Shown: piece by piece, positions 38,261-48,547 of the stretch
Numbering within the stretch: position 1 is the first letter of the stretch
Layout of the letters: each line of letters starts with the position of its first letter
Source of the DNA: Lentisphaeria bacterium
GTDB lineage: Bacteria > Verrucomicrobiota > Lentisphaeria > JABSQK01 > JAWLHB01
Assembly (NCBI GenBank): GCA_041690595.1
Contig: JAWLHB010000009.1
Span: forward strand, 1 to 64,000
Length of the DNA stretch: 64,000 bases
Direction of reading: 5' to 3'
Notes under the pieces: generated by a model
Database searches by the model: none
What the model saw: only the letters and a program-made list of their open reading frames with translations
Told to the model about the DNA's origin: nothing
Translations under genes and position numbers: made by a program

Positions 38261-41200
38261 ATGATCCGATTCTCGTCTCTCCTTCTTCTTGTTCTGCTCC
38301 TTCTGGGTAGCGATAGCGCGCGGGCGCAGAACGACAATGGCCGCGGGCGGCACAAGCAGATCTACGCGGTGCCGGCGCCTGGAGCAGTGACGATCGATGG
38401 CAGTCACGATGAGTGGGATCTTTCGGCTGAGATCGAGATGTTTGTGATCGAGCCGACGCGCAGTACGCAGAGTGCGACTTTCGCGCTGATGTACGATGCG
38501 GAGGCGCTGTACCTGGGGGCGAAGGTCAACGATCCGTCGCCGATGATGAACCGGCACGATCCGAAGACGGAAGCGAACCGGGCGTGGGACGCGGATTCGT
38601 GCCAGTTCCGGCTGACGATCGACCCGGCGGTCGGGTATCCGATCAGCGAGAGCACCTTCAAGTACAAGGTGAAGGATGCTCCGGAAGACACGCGCAACGA
38701 CATCCAGCACCTGCTGCTGTGGCATTATACAGATGCCGACCAGGCGAATCTGCAGATGCATACAGGGATGACGTATCGCTCGCCGCGACCGGAGTGGGAG
38801 CCGCATGGGCTGGTGCCGCACGAGCATTTCACGGCGAAATACCTGAAGCGCGAAGATGGCACAGGCTACACCTTCGAGTACAGGATTCCCTGGAGCACAC
38901 TGGGAGCGGAGGCGCCCTTGAAGGGGGGCGACATCGTGGCGGGGACGGTGCAGTTCAACTGGTCGCGGCCGGACGGGCTGTCGACAGCGGGCGGATCGGC
39001 GTGGGCGTACGATGTATTGGGCAAGCCTGGCTTTGCTTTCCAGAGCACCGAATGCTGGGGAAAGATCATCTTTTCGGAGAGTGGCAATGTGCCGGCGGAG
39101 TTGGTTTCGGCGGGAGTGCCTCCCGAGCGGCCGCTGCCCCTGGAGTTCAGCTACGAGCTTCCGGAGGACAGTGAGTGCACCATTCAGTTGTTCAACGGGA
39201 ATGGAGAGTCCGTGCGCATTCTGGTGGCGCAGCAGCAGCGGCTTGGCGGCAGGAACATCGAGCGCTGGGATGGACTTGACGACCAAGGCAAGCCGCTGGC
39301 CGAGGGGGATTACGCATGGAAGGGCATTTATCACCAGCCGATCACGGCGGCATACCGCTTCAGCGCCCACAATTCCGGCAATCCCCCCCACCCCACCGAT
39401 GACAACAAGGGCGGATGGGGCGGCGATCATGGCAACCCGCAGACGGTCTGCGCTTTGCCGGACGGGATGCTGATGGCGTGGGAATCCTGCGAATACGGTT
39501 GGGGCATTATCCGCACCGATCTGAACGGGAAGAAACTGTGGGGCTCCAATCAGAGCGCGACCTTCATGGCCACGGACGGGAAGCTGATCTACACGGCGGG
39601 CGATCACGGCTTTCTTGCCGCGCCTGAAGTGAAGATGCTGGAGGTGAAGGATGCTCGGCCGGCGCGGCTGGCCAATGGGATCGCGGTGCTGGCCGCTCCT
39701 CCCGGAGGAGATGAGGCAACGGATGCCATCAGCGGTCTGGCGTATGGGGATGGCAAGCTCTACGTCTCCTACGGAAAGCGTAACCTGATCGGGGTCTTTT
39801 CGACAAAGGACGGATCGTTGCTGGCGACCTGGACGGTGGCGGAGCCGGGCCGGCTGGCGGTTCGTGCGGATGGCAGCGTGGCGGTCATCAGCCAGGGGAA
39901 GGTGGTGCTGGTGAGCGATGGCGTGGTGACGCCGTGGATCGGAGAACGGCTGGATGCGCCGCAAGGGATCGCGATTGGGGCAGACGGAACGACGTATGTG
40001 GCCAATCGGGGGAGCCTGCAGAATGTGAGCGTCTTCGACGCACAAGGCAAGTATCTGCGGAGCATCGGACGCGCGGGCGGGCGTCCGGCGATGGGGACGT
40101 ACGACGCGAGCGGGATGTATGAGGCGGGGGGGATCGCGCTGGATACGCAGGGGCGGCTGTGGGTGGCGGAGACGACGGATGGCCCCAAGCGCATCAGCGC
40201 CTGGGATGCGACGAGTGGCAGCAATCTGCTGGAGTTCTTCGGCAGCTCGGGATACTTCGGGTATGGAGCGATCGATCCGGCGCGGCCGAACGAGTTGTAT
40301 GCGCATCACGTGTTGTGGGGCATCGACTGGGAGACGTATTCGGTTCGCCCGTTGACGACGATCTGGCGGGATATCGAGCCGAACATGATGGCGGCGCCCG
40401 GGCCGGATGCGTATCAGAACCATCCGCGCATGGTGACGACGCCCGGCGGGCAGCAGTACATGTGGGGGGCCGCGCGCAAGACGCTGACGATTCTGCTGCG
40501 GCGGGAGAGCGATCTTTTCAAGCCGTTCGCGGCCGTGATGCGGGTTGGGGATCGGGATGGGCGCTATTATCACGCCACGGGGATCGCGAGTGTGGATGCG
40601 GATCGGGAACGCTTCCCGACCGGCTTCTACTTCTGGCAGGATGCGAACGACGACCAGACCGTACAGGCGGATGAGTGCGTGCGCATGAGCAAGGAGCTGG
40701 AGCGGGGCAGCGTCCTGTGGCTGGGGAAGGATCTGAGCGTACGGCTGGCATCGGGTCACGTTCTGACGCCACTGGAGACGAAGGCGAACGGGCAGCCTGT
40801 CTACGATATGACGCAGGCCGAGAAGAGCTTTTTCGGTAGCCCCAGCTATCTGGCCGCGGAGGAGGATGGAAAGGTTTATACGTATACGGCGAAGAAGGGG
40901 CCGTCACTGGTTGGCTGGTCGGCTGACGGTACGCAGCGCTGGAGCTACAACAACATCACGCGCTGGCACGACGCGTTGAACCTGCCGGTGGTGAAGGCCG
41001 GGCGGCTGTGGGGGATGACGGGCATTATGGGCGTGGCCGGCGATTACCTCGCCAACCAGACCTATTTCGGCCTGAATCACATCTTCCGGACGGATGGCAT
41101 CTATGTAGCGGGGGTGCTGAAGGATGGGCGCATGGGCGGGCGCGGTCCGTATGAAGGGCAGCCCGAGGGGCAGAACGGCAGCTTCGTGAAGTTGAAGCTG

Positions 41201-42043
41201 GGTGATGCCGAGCGGTTCTTCCTCATCCACGGCGGTCAGGACAGCCGGGTATGGGAGGTGATGAACCTGGATACGGTGAAGGATCTGGAGGGTGGCGTTT
41301 ACCAGCATGCGGGGGCGATGGTCGCCAAGGCGGAGAGCGCGCAACAGGCGTACCTGGCGGCGTTGAGCGGGGCCAGGAAGCTGACGATTGCGCGGGGCCG
41401 TAAGGCGCTTGACGTGGCGGAGCCGGTGAAGCGGGCGCTGGAGGATGAACGCGGCTTCGAGGCGCGCGCCGCCTATGACAGCGACAATCTTTACGTGCGT
41501 TATGAGGTGACGGCTCCCAATGAGCTGGCTAACGGCATCAGCGACCCGCAGGTGATCTTCCGCGGGGGCAACCTGCTGGACATTCAGCTGGGGAGCGACA
41601 GCACCGCGGATCCGGAGCGGAAAACACCCGCGCCGGGCGATCTTCGCCTGCTGGTCACGCGCCAGGGCGGGAAGCCGCACGCGGTGCTCTTCCGGCCAAA
41701 GGTGGCCGGCTTCACGGGGGAAGCGATCGTGCTGAAATCGCCGACCGGGACGGAGAGTTTCGACAGCATCGAGGTGGTGGAAAGTATTGGGCTGGAGTAC
41801 CGGAAGAACGCCACGGGCTTCACCGCCACGGTTATCGTGCCATTGTCGCAACTGGGGTTGACGCTGCAGCCGGGGCAGCGCATGAAGGCGGATCTCGGGT
41901 ACATCTTCGGCAACAAGGGGGGGACCCGTACGGCGGTCCGGGCCTACGTGAACAACAACAGCTTCACGGCGAACGTGGTCGACGACATTCCTCATGAGAG
42001 TCGGCTTGAACCTGCCGAATGGGGCGAAGCCGTGGTGGAATGA
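38261..42043 (+). CDS. Large secreted protein: CBM9-like + FlgD Ig-like + NHL/beta-propeller + C-terminal sugar-binding-like domain
   Basis: Signal peptide; IDGSHDEW..MYDAEALY; WDGLDDQGKPLAEGDYAWK; NHL-like PQGIAIGADGTTYVAN; WQDANDDQ; AAYDSDNLYVRYEV. Confidence 0.75.
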   Translation: MIRFSSLLLLVLLLLGSDSARAQNDNGRGRHKQIYAVPAPGAVTIDGSHDEWDLSAEIEMFVIEPTRSTQSATFALMYDAEALYLGAKVNDPSPMMNRHDPKTEANRAWDADSCQFRLTIDPAVGYPISESTFKYKVKDAPEDTRNDIQHLLLWHYTDADQANLQMHTGMTYRSPRPEWEPHGLVPHEHFTAKYLKREDGTGYTFEYRIPWSTLGAEAPLKGGDIVAGTVQFNWSRPDGLSTAGGSAWAYDVLGKPGFAFQSTECWGKIIFSESGNVPAELVSAGVPPERPLPLEFSYELPEDSECTIQLFNGNGESVRILVAQQQRLGGRNIERWDGLDDQGKPLAEGDYAWKGIYHQPITAAYRFSAHNSGNPPHPTDDNKGGWGGDHGNPQTVCALPDGMLMAWESCEYGWGIIRTDLNGKKLWGSNQSATFMATDGKLIYTAGDHGFLAAPEVKMLEVKDARPARLANGIAVLAAPPGGDEATDAISGLAYGDGKLYVSYGKRNLIGVFSTKDGSLLATWTVAEPGRLAVRADGSVAVISQGKVVLVSDGVVTPWIGERLDAPQGIAIGADGTTYVANRGSLQNVSVFDAQGKYLRSIGRAGGRPAMGTYDASGMYEAGGIALDTQGRLWVAETTDGPKRISAWDATSGSNLLEFFGSSGYFGYGAIDPARPNELYAHHVLWGIDWETYSVRPLTTIWRDIEPNMMAAPGPDAYQNHPRMVTTPGGQQYMWGAARKTLTILLRRESDLFKPFAAVMRVGDRDGRYYHATGIASVDADRERFPTGFYFWQDANDDQTVQADECVRMSKELERGSVLWLGKDLSVRLASGHVLTPLETKANGQPVYDMTQAEKSFFGSPSYLAAEEDGKVYTYTAKKGPSLVGWSADGTQRWSYNNITRWHDALNLPVVKAGRLWGMTGIMGVAGDYLANQTYFGLNHIFRTDGIYVAGVLKDGRMGGRGPYEGQPEGQNGSFVKLKLGDAERFFLIHGGQDSRVWEVMNLDTVKDLEGGVYQHAGAMVAKAESAQQAYLAALSGARKLTIARGRKALDVAEPVKRALEDERGFEARAAYDSDNLYVRYEVTAPNELANGISDPQVIFRGGNLLDIQLGSDSTADPERKTPAPGDLRLLVTRQGGKPHAVLFRPKVAGFTGEAIVLKSPTGTESFDSIEVVESIGLEYRKNATGFTATVIVPLSQLGLTLQPGQRMKADLGYIFGNKGGTRTAVRAYVNNNSFTANVVDDIPHESRLEPAEWGEAVVE

Positions 42044-45000
42044 TGAAGGCACGGGGATTCCTCATGCGGTTGGGGCGCTGGATTCTGAGCGCGATCCTGG
42101 CTGGATTGTCGCTGGTCGCGGTGGCTAACGAGATTACCTTCGAGCTGGCGGAGAGCGGCAACGTCTCGGCGGCGATCTATGATGCCGGGGGCAGGATGGT
42201 GCGGGAGGTGTGGCGCGCCGAGCCGCGACCGGCGGGCCGACAGGTGCTCTCCTGGGATGGACTCGACCAGAGCGGAGCGCCAGTATCGGCGGGGGAGTAC
42301 GAATGGCGGGTGCTGCGGACGCAGGGGTTGCGCAGCGAGTTCGTGATGAGCGTGGGCACAAGCGTGGGAAAGCGCTGGTGGCCGGGGAATCACGATGGGC
42401 CGCAGGTGCTGACGGTGGCGGAGGGGTCGCTGATTGTGGGGGCCAATCCGGAAGGGCCGCCGCTGCTGACCCGCTGCACGCTGGAGGGCGGGGTGATCTG
42501 GGAACGGCAGCAGTTCGAGGCGGCACGCGCGCCGTACGATGTGGCGGCGGCCGGCGAGCGGGTATTCTACCTTCAGGATAATGGCAAGGTCTTTGTGCTG
42601 GATTTTGCGACGGGGCAGCCGGTGGCAGCGCCTCTGCCGGCGCTTTTTCCGGTGAAGAGCTTTGACTTTGTGGGGGTCGCGCCGCACCTCTACGATGAGG
42701 ATCGCGGCTTCGGCTGGGATACGCTGGAGGGGTTGCGGCAGAGTGAGACGGGCATCGTCAGTGATTCACCTGAGCCGCGCACCTTCACGGCTGATCTGCC
42801 CAATGGTATCTACCTGCTGCGATTCACGCAGGGGCGCGTGGAGCAGGCGACCACAGTGACGGAGGTGCATCCGGGAGGGATGAAGCCTTATCCGGGCCAC
42901 TACACGCTGGCGGACAAGATGGCCTGGTGGCAACTGCCGACGAGCGAGGAGGCCACGGAACGGCCGCCATTCTTCCTGCCCCAGCTCTACGGGCTGCCAC
43001 GGCCGGTCGAGGTCAAGGATGGCAAGCTGATGGTCGCCTTCACGCCGGGCAGTCCGCGCGAGAAACCGGCGACGGCGCGCTGGCAACTTGCCCGACTGGA
43101 GGTTATTGCCATGGCGGATCATATCACGGCGCTTGGGGACGAGCTGGTGCTTTCAAGCAAGAGCGCCGGCAAGGTCATGTGGGTGTCCCCGGAGAATGGC
43201 GTGGTGCTTGACGAGGTGGAGCTTCCTGGGGTACTCGACGTGGCGCTGGGGGGTGAGGGGGAGCTTTTCGCCCTGCTGCCGGATCGGGTGGTGGCTATCG
43301 ATCGCAGGGAGAAGGTGGTGAAGGTGCGGGTGAGCGGCTTGATCGGTCCGGTGGCGCTGGATGTGGACAGGATGACGGGCGGCATTCTTGTGGCAGAGGG
43401 AGGCAAGGTGCAGCAGGTGAAGTGCTTTGCGGCTGACGGTACGCTGGTGGCAAGTCGAGGTCGGCTGGGTGGACGGCAGTTGGGCGAGTACGAGGCGAAC
43501 GATTATGGGGATCTTGCCGGAATCGCGGCTGACGGGCGGGGCGGCTATGTCGCGATCGAACGGCGGGCAGTGCCCAGGCGCACGGTACACGTCAATGCGC
43601 AGGGCGAGGTGCGGCGGGAATGGTTCGGTGGCATGGACTTCTATTCGCAGACGGAGATCGATCCAGCCGATCCGACCATCGCGTGGATCCGCCAGGACGA
43701 TACGCATCTGATCCGCGCCCGATTGGATTATGCTCGGGGCGAGTGGTATCCGCTGTCGACGTATCGCTGGACGGAGCTGTGGGATCCGGACGGCCCCGGA
43801 AGCATCTTCAGCCATGGACCCTGGCTGCAGCGGAACCCCACCTTTAACCGGATGCGGGTGCTGCGCCGGGATCTGACCGGATCCGGCACGACGCAGTTGC
43901 TTATCGAGTTCACGGCGCTGCCGATGCTGCTGGTGCACGACGAAGCGATGAACCGTCTGCGTCCGCTGGCGGCGCTGGGCATGCTCAACCGCGAATATTG
44001 GGCTGACAGTACGACGGCGGTAGATGAGTTGCCGGCAGCATGGGCGGAAGCAATGCGCCTGGCCGGGGCTGATCCCGCGGATGAGAGGAGCCGAAATGCC
44101 CATGCGCGCTATGCATGGGCGGACGAGAATGGCGACGGGCTTATCGACGCCAGTGAGCTTCGTCTCGGCGAGGTCCATCGGCATGCCAGCTCGCCGGTGC
44201 AGGGGAATGGCGGCTACTGCCTGGGGATCGACGATGACCTCACGTGCTGGGTGAGCAATGGGGACACGCGTCAAGGCGGGTTGTGCCGGGTCTATCGGCC
44301 GGAAAGTTTCACCGGGTGCGGCGCGCCAGTGTGGCCGCTGGAGGGGACCCTGCTGGGACCGACGACGGAAGGACGCGGCACCAGCACGGCGCTGGTTGCG
44401 GCTCGGGATGGAGGCGTCTTCGTGGTCATGCACGGCAACGGAGATGGTACCCGCCCATCCTTCACCTACGATACGGCGGTGCATGGCTGGAGTTGGCCAT
44501 CCGTGATGACCGACGGCGTGGCGCTGATGCGGCTGGATGCCGATGGTCTGCCTCTCTGGCGCACCTCGTCGAAGGCCGCACGCTGGCCGCATCCGCGAGG
44601 GCAGTTGCATGGCCCCTGGCACCTGGGGGGCCCGATCCGCGACTGCGTGGCCGTATTCGACTGGCTGGAGCAGCCCTGCGAGTTCTGGACAACCGACGGT
44701 CTCTATGTCGGTGGCCTCTTCGATGGGCGCGATCCGCATGATGGCCGCGACTTGAGCCGACCGGGCAGTAAGCCGGATCCGCTTTATACCTGGCACGGGA
44801 TCCGCGCCAAACGCATCGGCGGGAATCGCTATTTCCACGAGAATTCGCTGCTCGCGGCGGACGACTTTCGAACCGGTGGCGAGGTGGCCTTGCTGCCGGA
44901 CGGTTCGGTCGCCTTCTTCGGCCAGGGGGCGAACAACAATCCCTGCTACCGGATTACGGGCTGGGACGGGTGGCATCGGCAGAGCGGCATCATCACGCTC

Positions 45001-45507
45001 GCGGAAGCCGCCCATGCTGGAGCTGTGGGCGAAGGGCGCGGGCTGCGCGCCGAGATCTTCCCCAATGTGGAGCTTTCCGGGGAAGCGGTCAGCCGCATCG
45101 ACGAGCGGTTGTGGTTCGGCATCGACAAACCGTGGCCGGCGGGTACGCCGGAGAGCGATTTCAGCGTCCGCTGGAGTGGTTTTCTGGAACCGCGCTTCAG
45201 TGAGTCATACTGCCTTAGCATCTACGCGCGTGGAGAGTTCACCCTGTGGGTGGGTGGAGAGCAGGTGGCGTGGGCGCCCCAGGATTATCCGCGCGACCGG
45301 GAGATTCGCAAGGGGCATTCGCCGGCGATCCATCTGGAAGCTGGCCATCGAGTTCCGATCATGATCGAGTACCGCGCCACGATGACGACCAAAGCGCCGC
45401 ATCCCGATCCCTCCTTCCACCTGAACTGGGAAAGCATCAGCCAGCCCGTGGAGCATGTCCCAATGGCTTACCTCTATCCGAGCGTGAAAGAAGCGGTGGA
45501 CGAATAG
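42040..45507 (+). CDS. Large secreted protein: FlgD Ig-like + beta-propeller + PA14 domain
   Basis: Signal peptide; WDGLDQSGAPVSAGEYEW; WADENGDGLID; GLRAEIF...DFSVRWSGFLEP; ATGA overlap with the upstream gene. Confidence 0.75.
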   Translation: MMKARGFLMRLGRWILSAILAGLSLVAVANEITFELAESGNVSAAIYDAGGRMVREVWRAEPRPAGRQVLSWDGLDQSGAPVSAGEYEWRVLRTQGLRSEFVMSVGTSVGKRWWPGNHDGPQVLTVAEGSLIVGANPEGPPLLTRCTLEGGVIWERQQFEAARAPYDVAAAGERVFYLQDNGKVFVLDFATGQPVAAPLPALFPVKSFDFVGVAPHLYDEDRGFGWDTLEGLRQSETGIVSDSPEPRTFTADLPNGIYLLRFTQGRVEQATTVTEVHPGGMKPYPGHYTLADKMAWWQLPTSEEATERPPFFLPQLYGLPRPVEVKDGKLMVAFTPGSPREKPATARWQLARLEVIAMADHITALGDELVLSSKSAGKVMWVSPENGVVLDEVELPGVLDVALGGEGELFALLPDRVVAIDRREKVVKVRVSGLIGPVALDVDRMTGGILVAEGGKVQQVKCFAADGTLVASRGRLGGRQLGEYEANDYGDLAGIAADGRGGYVAIERRAVPRRTVHVNAQGEVRREWFGGMDFYSQTEIDPADPTIAWIRQDDTHLIRARLDYARGEWYPLSTYRWTELWDPDGPGSIFSHGPWLQRNPTFNRMRVLRRDLTGSGTTQLLIEFTALPMLLVHDEAMNRLRPLAALGMLNREYWADSTTAVDELPAAWAEAMRLAGADPADERSRNAHARYAWADENGDGLIDASELRLGEVHRHASSPVQGNGGYCLGIDDDLTCWVSNGDTRQGGLCRVYRPESFTGCGAPVWPLEGTLLGPTTEGRGTSTALVAARDGGVFVVMHGNGDGTRPSFTYDTAVHGWSWPSVMTDGVALMRLDADGLPLWRTSSKAARWPHPRGQLHGPWHLGGPIRDCVAVFDWLEQPCEFWTTDGLYVGGLFDGRDPHDGRDLSRPGSKPDPLYTWHGIRAKRIGGNRYFHENSLLAADDFRTGGEVALLPDGSVAFFGQGANNNPCYRITGWDGWHRQSGIITLAEAAHAGAVGEGRGLRAEIFPNVELSGEAVSRIDERLWFGIDKPWPAGTPESDFSVRWSGFLEPRFSESYCLSIYARGEFTLWVGGEQVAWAPQDYPRDREIRKGHSPAIHLEAGHRVPIMIEYRATMTTKAPHPDPSFHLNWESISQPVEHVPMAYLYPSVKEAVDE

Positions 45508-45585
45508 AATTGCGCTGAGCGCTCTCGTCATGAAGGAGATGCGCGGCTATGTTGAGGGGAAACCAACGAGGAGGGAGGAGCGATC

Positions 45586-46839
45586 ATGACGCGACGGGAA
45601 GTAGTGAGGCGGGCGCTGAATCATGAGGCGCCGGAGCGCATCCCCATGGACTTCGGCAGCACGGCGGTGACGGGTATGCATGTGAGCTGCGTGGCGGCAC
45701 TGCGACACGTATACGGGTTGGCCGACGGGCCGGTGAAGGTGACGGAACCTTACCAGATGCTGGGTGAATTGGACGAGGAGTTGCTGGATGCACTGGGGAT
45801 CGACACGGTGGGGCTGCCGCCGAGGTCGACCCTCTTCGGCTTCGCAAATGAAGGGTGGCGGGAGTTCCGGATGCCATGGGGGCAGGAGGTGCTGGTGCCG
45901 GAGGGTTTCCGCACCACCACCGATGCCAATGGGGACCTGCTGATCTATCCGGGAGGCGATACCAGCGTGCCGCCAAGCGGCCGAATGCCGGTGAGCGGCT
46001 ACTTTTTCGACACCATCATCCGACAGGAGCCGGTGAACGAGGCGGCGCTCGATCCGGCGGACAATCTGGAGGAATTCGGGCCGATATCGGCGGAGGATCT
46101 GGCCTACTTCGCCAGGGAAGCGGCGCGGTTGTCGACGAGTGGCCGGGCCGTGGTGGCGACCTTCGGGGGGACGGCCTTCGGGGATATCGCGCTGGTACCG
46201 GCGCCCTTCCTGAAGCATCCGAAGGGGATCCGCGATGTGGCGGAATGGTACATCAGCACCGCGACGCGGCAAGAGTACGTCCACGCAATCTTCTCGCGGC
46301 AATGCGAGGTGGCGCTGGCGAATCTGGAGCAGCTCCACAAGGCGGTGGGCGAATCCGTCGACGCCGTCTTTATCTGCGGGACGGACTTCGGCACGCAGAA
46401 CTCGACCTTCTGTTCGCCACGCGCCTTTGACGAGCTGTACGCTCCTTACTACACGAAAGTGAACGCGTGGATTCACCGGCATACGGGGTGGAAGTGCTTC
46501 AAGCATTCGTGCGGTGCGGTGGAGCCCCTGCTGACGCGTTTCATCGACTGCGGTTTCGACATTCTGAATCCGGTGCAGTGTTCGGCAACGGGCATGGCGG
46601 CCGAGGGGTTGAAGGAGCGGTACGGGGAGCGTCTGGTCTTCTGGGGAGGCGGCGTGGATACACAGAAGACACTCCCCTTCGGCACTCCAGCGGAGGTTCG
46701 CGAGCAGGTGAAGCAGCGTTGCGACATCTTCTCGACAAGCGGCGGTTTTGTCTTCAACAGCATTCACAATGTGCAGGCTCAGACGCCTGTGGCAAATATC
46801 GTGGCGATGGTCGAGGCAGTGCGCGACTGGCGTCATTAG
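45586..46839 (+). CDS. Uroporphyrinogen decarboxylase (URO-D)/MtaA-like family protein
   Basis: MTRRE..ALNH..PERIPMDFG; TDFGTQ; KHSCG; LNPVQ; FWGGGVDTQKTLPFGT; HNVQA. Confidence 0.88.
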   Translation: MTRREVVRRALNHEAPERIPMDFGSTAVTGMHVSCVAALRHVYGLADGPVKVTEPYQMLGELDEELLDALGIDTVGLPPRSTLFGFANEGWREFRMPWGQEVLVPEGFRTTTDANGDLLIYPGGDTSVPPSGRMPVSGYFFDTIIRQEPVNEAALDPADNLEEFGPISAEDLAYFAREAARLSTSGRAVVATFGGTAFGDIALVPAPFLKHPKGIRDVAEWYISTATRQEYVHAIFSRQCEVALANLEQLHKAVGESVDAVFICGTDFGTQNSTFCSPRAFDELYAPYYTKVNAWIHRHTGWKCFKHSCGAVEPLLTRFIDCGFDILNPVQCSATGMAAEGLKERYGERLVFWGGGVDTQKTLPFGTPAEVREQVKQRCDIFSTSGGFVFNSIHNVQAQTPVANIVAMVEAVRDWRH

Positions 46840-46849
46840 AAGGACTGGC

Positions 46850-48547
46850 ATGCGGCTATTCACGGTGCATCGGCGGCGGCGGACGCAGTCGCTGGATGGT
46901 TTCTGGCACTTTGCCTTTCTGGGCGATGTGGCGGTGGACGAGGTGGCGCTGGAGTCGATCCGTTATACGGAGTTGATGGCGGTGCCCTGCTGCTTCGACG
47001 CGACGCCGAAGTACGCGGGGAAGCGAGGCCTGACGGCATATCGTCGGACGATCGAGGCGTGGGACGACAGCCTGCATCGGCTGATTTTTCACAGCGTCCA
47101 CCATTGGGCGCGGATTTATGTGAACGGGAGACCGCTGGGGGAACATCGGTGGGGGAATACGCGCTTCGAGATCGACTTCAGGCCGGAGACGACCGGATGC
47201 CTGGATCTGGTGGTGCTGGTAGACAATCGCTTCGACTTTCCCCGGGTGCCGATCCATTTTGCGGGCTATGACTGGTATCAGTACGGGGGGATTACCAGGC
47301 CAGTGGAGCTGCAGCGCCTGGGCGAGAACTGGCTGAATAGGATGCTGGTGGAGACGCTGGATCACGCGCGGCGACAGGTGCGAATCGTCATTCGGTATGG
47401 ATCGAGGCGCGGCGCCGAATCGATGCCGCTAAGGCTTCTTCTCGATGAGCGGGAGGTGGCAAGCGAGACGGTGACCCTGGCAGCCGGCGGCGGGACGATC
47501 GAACGGCTCCTCGAGCTGCCGGAGGCGGAATGCTGGTCGCCCGAGGCGCCGAATCTGTACCTGCTGCGGGCCGAGCTGGGCGATGACGATCTGACGGAGC
47601 GCATCGGCATCCGGCAGGTTCGGGTGGAGGGGCGCCAGCTTCTGCTGAACGACGAACCGCTGCGCTTGCTGGGGGTCTGCCGTCACGAGGCGCATCCGCA
47701 GTTCGGCGGAGCCCTGCCGGAGTCGCTGATGCTGAGCGACCTGCAGCAGATACAGGAGCTTGGCTGCAACTACGTGCGGGCAGGACATTATACATGCGAC
47801 GCGCGCTTCATCGACCTCTGCGACGAAGCGGGGATCCTCGTCTGGGCGGAAGCGAACAGCTGGGGACTCCTGGAGCCGGAGCTGAAGGATGCGGATATCG
47901 TGGAGGCCGTCCGCGGCAATATCCGCGAGATGGTGGATGAACAGCGGAATCATCCCTCCATCATCATCTGGGGCCTGCTCAACGAATGCGCCAGTGAGCT
48001 GGCATCGAGCCGCCCTGCCTACGAGACGCTGGTGAATGAATATCGGCAGCTCGATGGGAGCCGACCGATTGCCTTCGCGAGCAACCGGGTGCTGCGTGAG
48101 GACGCGTGCCTCGACCTGTCGGACATCATCGCGATCAACGACTATCCCGGCTGGTATCATGTCAGCATCGAGGAGATCGGCAAGCGCGTCGACGCGGTCT
48201 ATGAGTGGCTGGACGGGCTGGGCCTGGGGGATCGGCCGATCATCCACAGCGAGATCGGCGGGGGTGCAATCTATGGATGCCGCGATGCGCATGGCGAGCG
48301 GTGGAGCGAGCAGTACCAGGCGCGCCTGCTGGACGAGGTCATCCGGCAGCTTTTCGTGAATCGGGAGCGTGCCATCGGCGTGAGCATCTGGCAGTTCTGC
48401 GATGTCCGCACGAGCACACATGCCCGCATGGCCATGATCCGGCCACGGTGCTTCAACAACAAGGGCATCGTGGATGAGTACCGCCGGCCGAAGCTGGCGT
48501 GGGATGGCATTCGCCGGCTCTACCGCGAGCTGGGCAGTAAGCCATGA
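46850..48547 (+). CDS. GH2 beta-glucuronidase/beta-galactosidase-like glycoside hydrolase
   Basis: SLDGFWHF, YGGITRPV, LGVCRHE, RAGHY, DLCDEAGILVW, NHPSIIIWGLLNE, HSEIGG, NNKGIVD. Confidence 0.92.
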   Translation: MRLFTVHRRRRTQSLDGFWHFAFLGDVAVDEVALESIRYTELMAVPCCFDATPKYAGKRGLTAYRRTIEAWDDSLHRLIFHSVHHWARIYVNGRPLGEHRWGNTRFEIDFRPETTGCLDLVVLVDNRFDFPRVPIHFAGYDWYQYGGITRPVELQRLGENWLNRMLVETLDHARRQVRIVIRYGSRRGAESMPLRLLLDEREVASETVTLAAGGGTIERLLELPEAECWSPEAPNLYLLRAELGDDDLTERIGIRQVRVEGRQLLLNDEPLRLLGVCRHEAHPQFGGALPESLMLSDLQQIQELGCNYVRAGHYTCDARFIDLCDEAGILVWAEANSWGLLEPELKDADIVEAVRGNIREMVDEQRNHPSIIIWGLLNECASELASSRPAYETLVNEYRQLDGSRPIAFASNRVLREDACLDLSDIIAINDYPGWYHVSIEEIGKRVDAVYEWLDGLGLGDRPIIHSEIGGGAIYGCRDAHGERWSEQYQARLLDEVIRQLFVNRERAIGVSIWQFCDVRTSTHARMAMIRPRCFNNKGIVDEYRRPKLAWDGIRRLYRELGSKP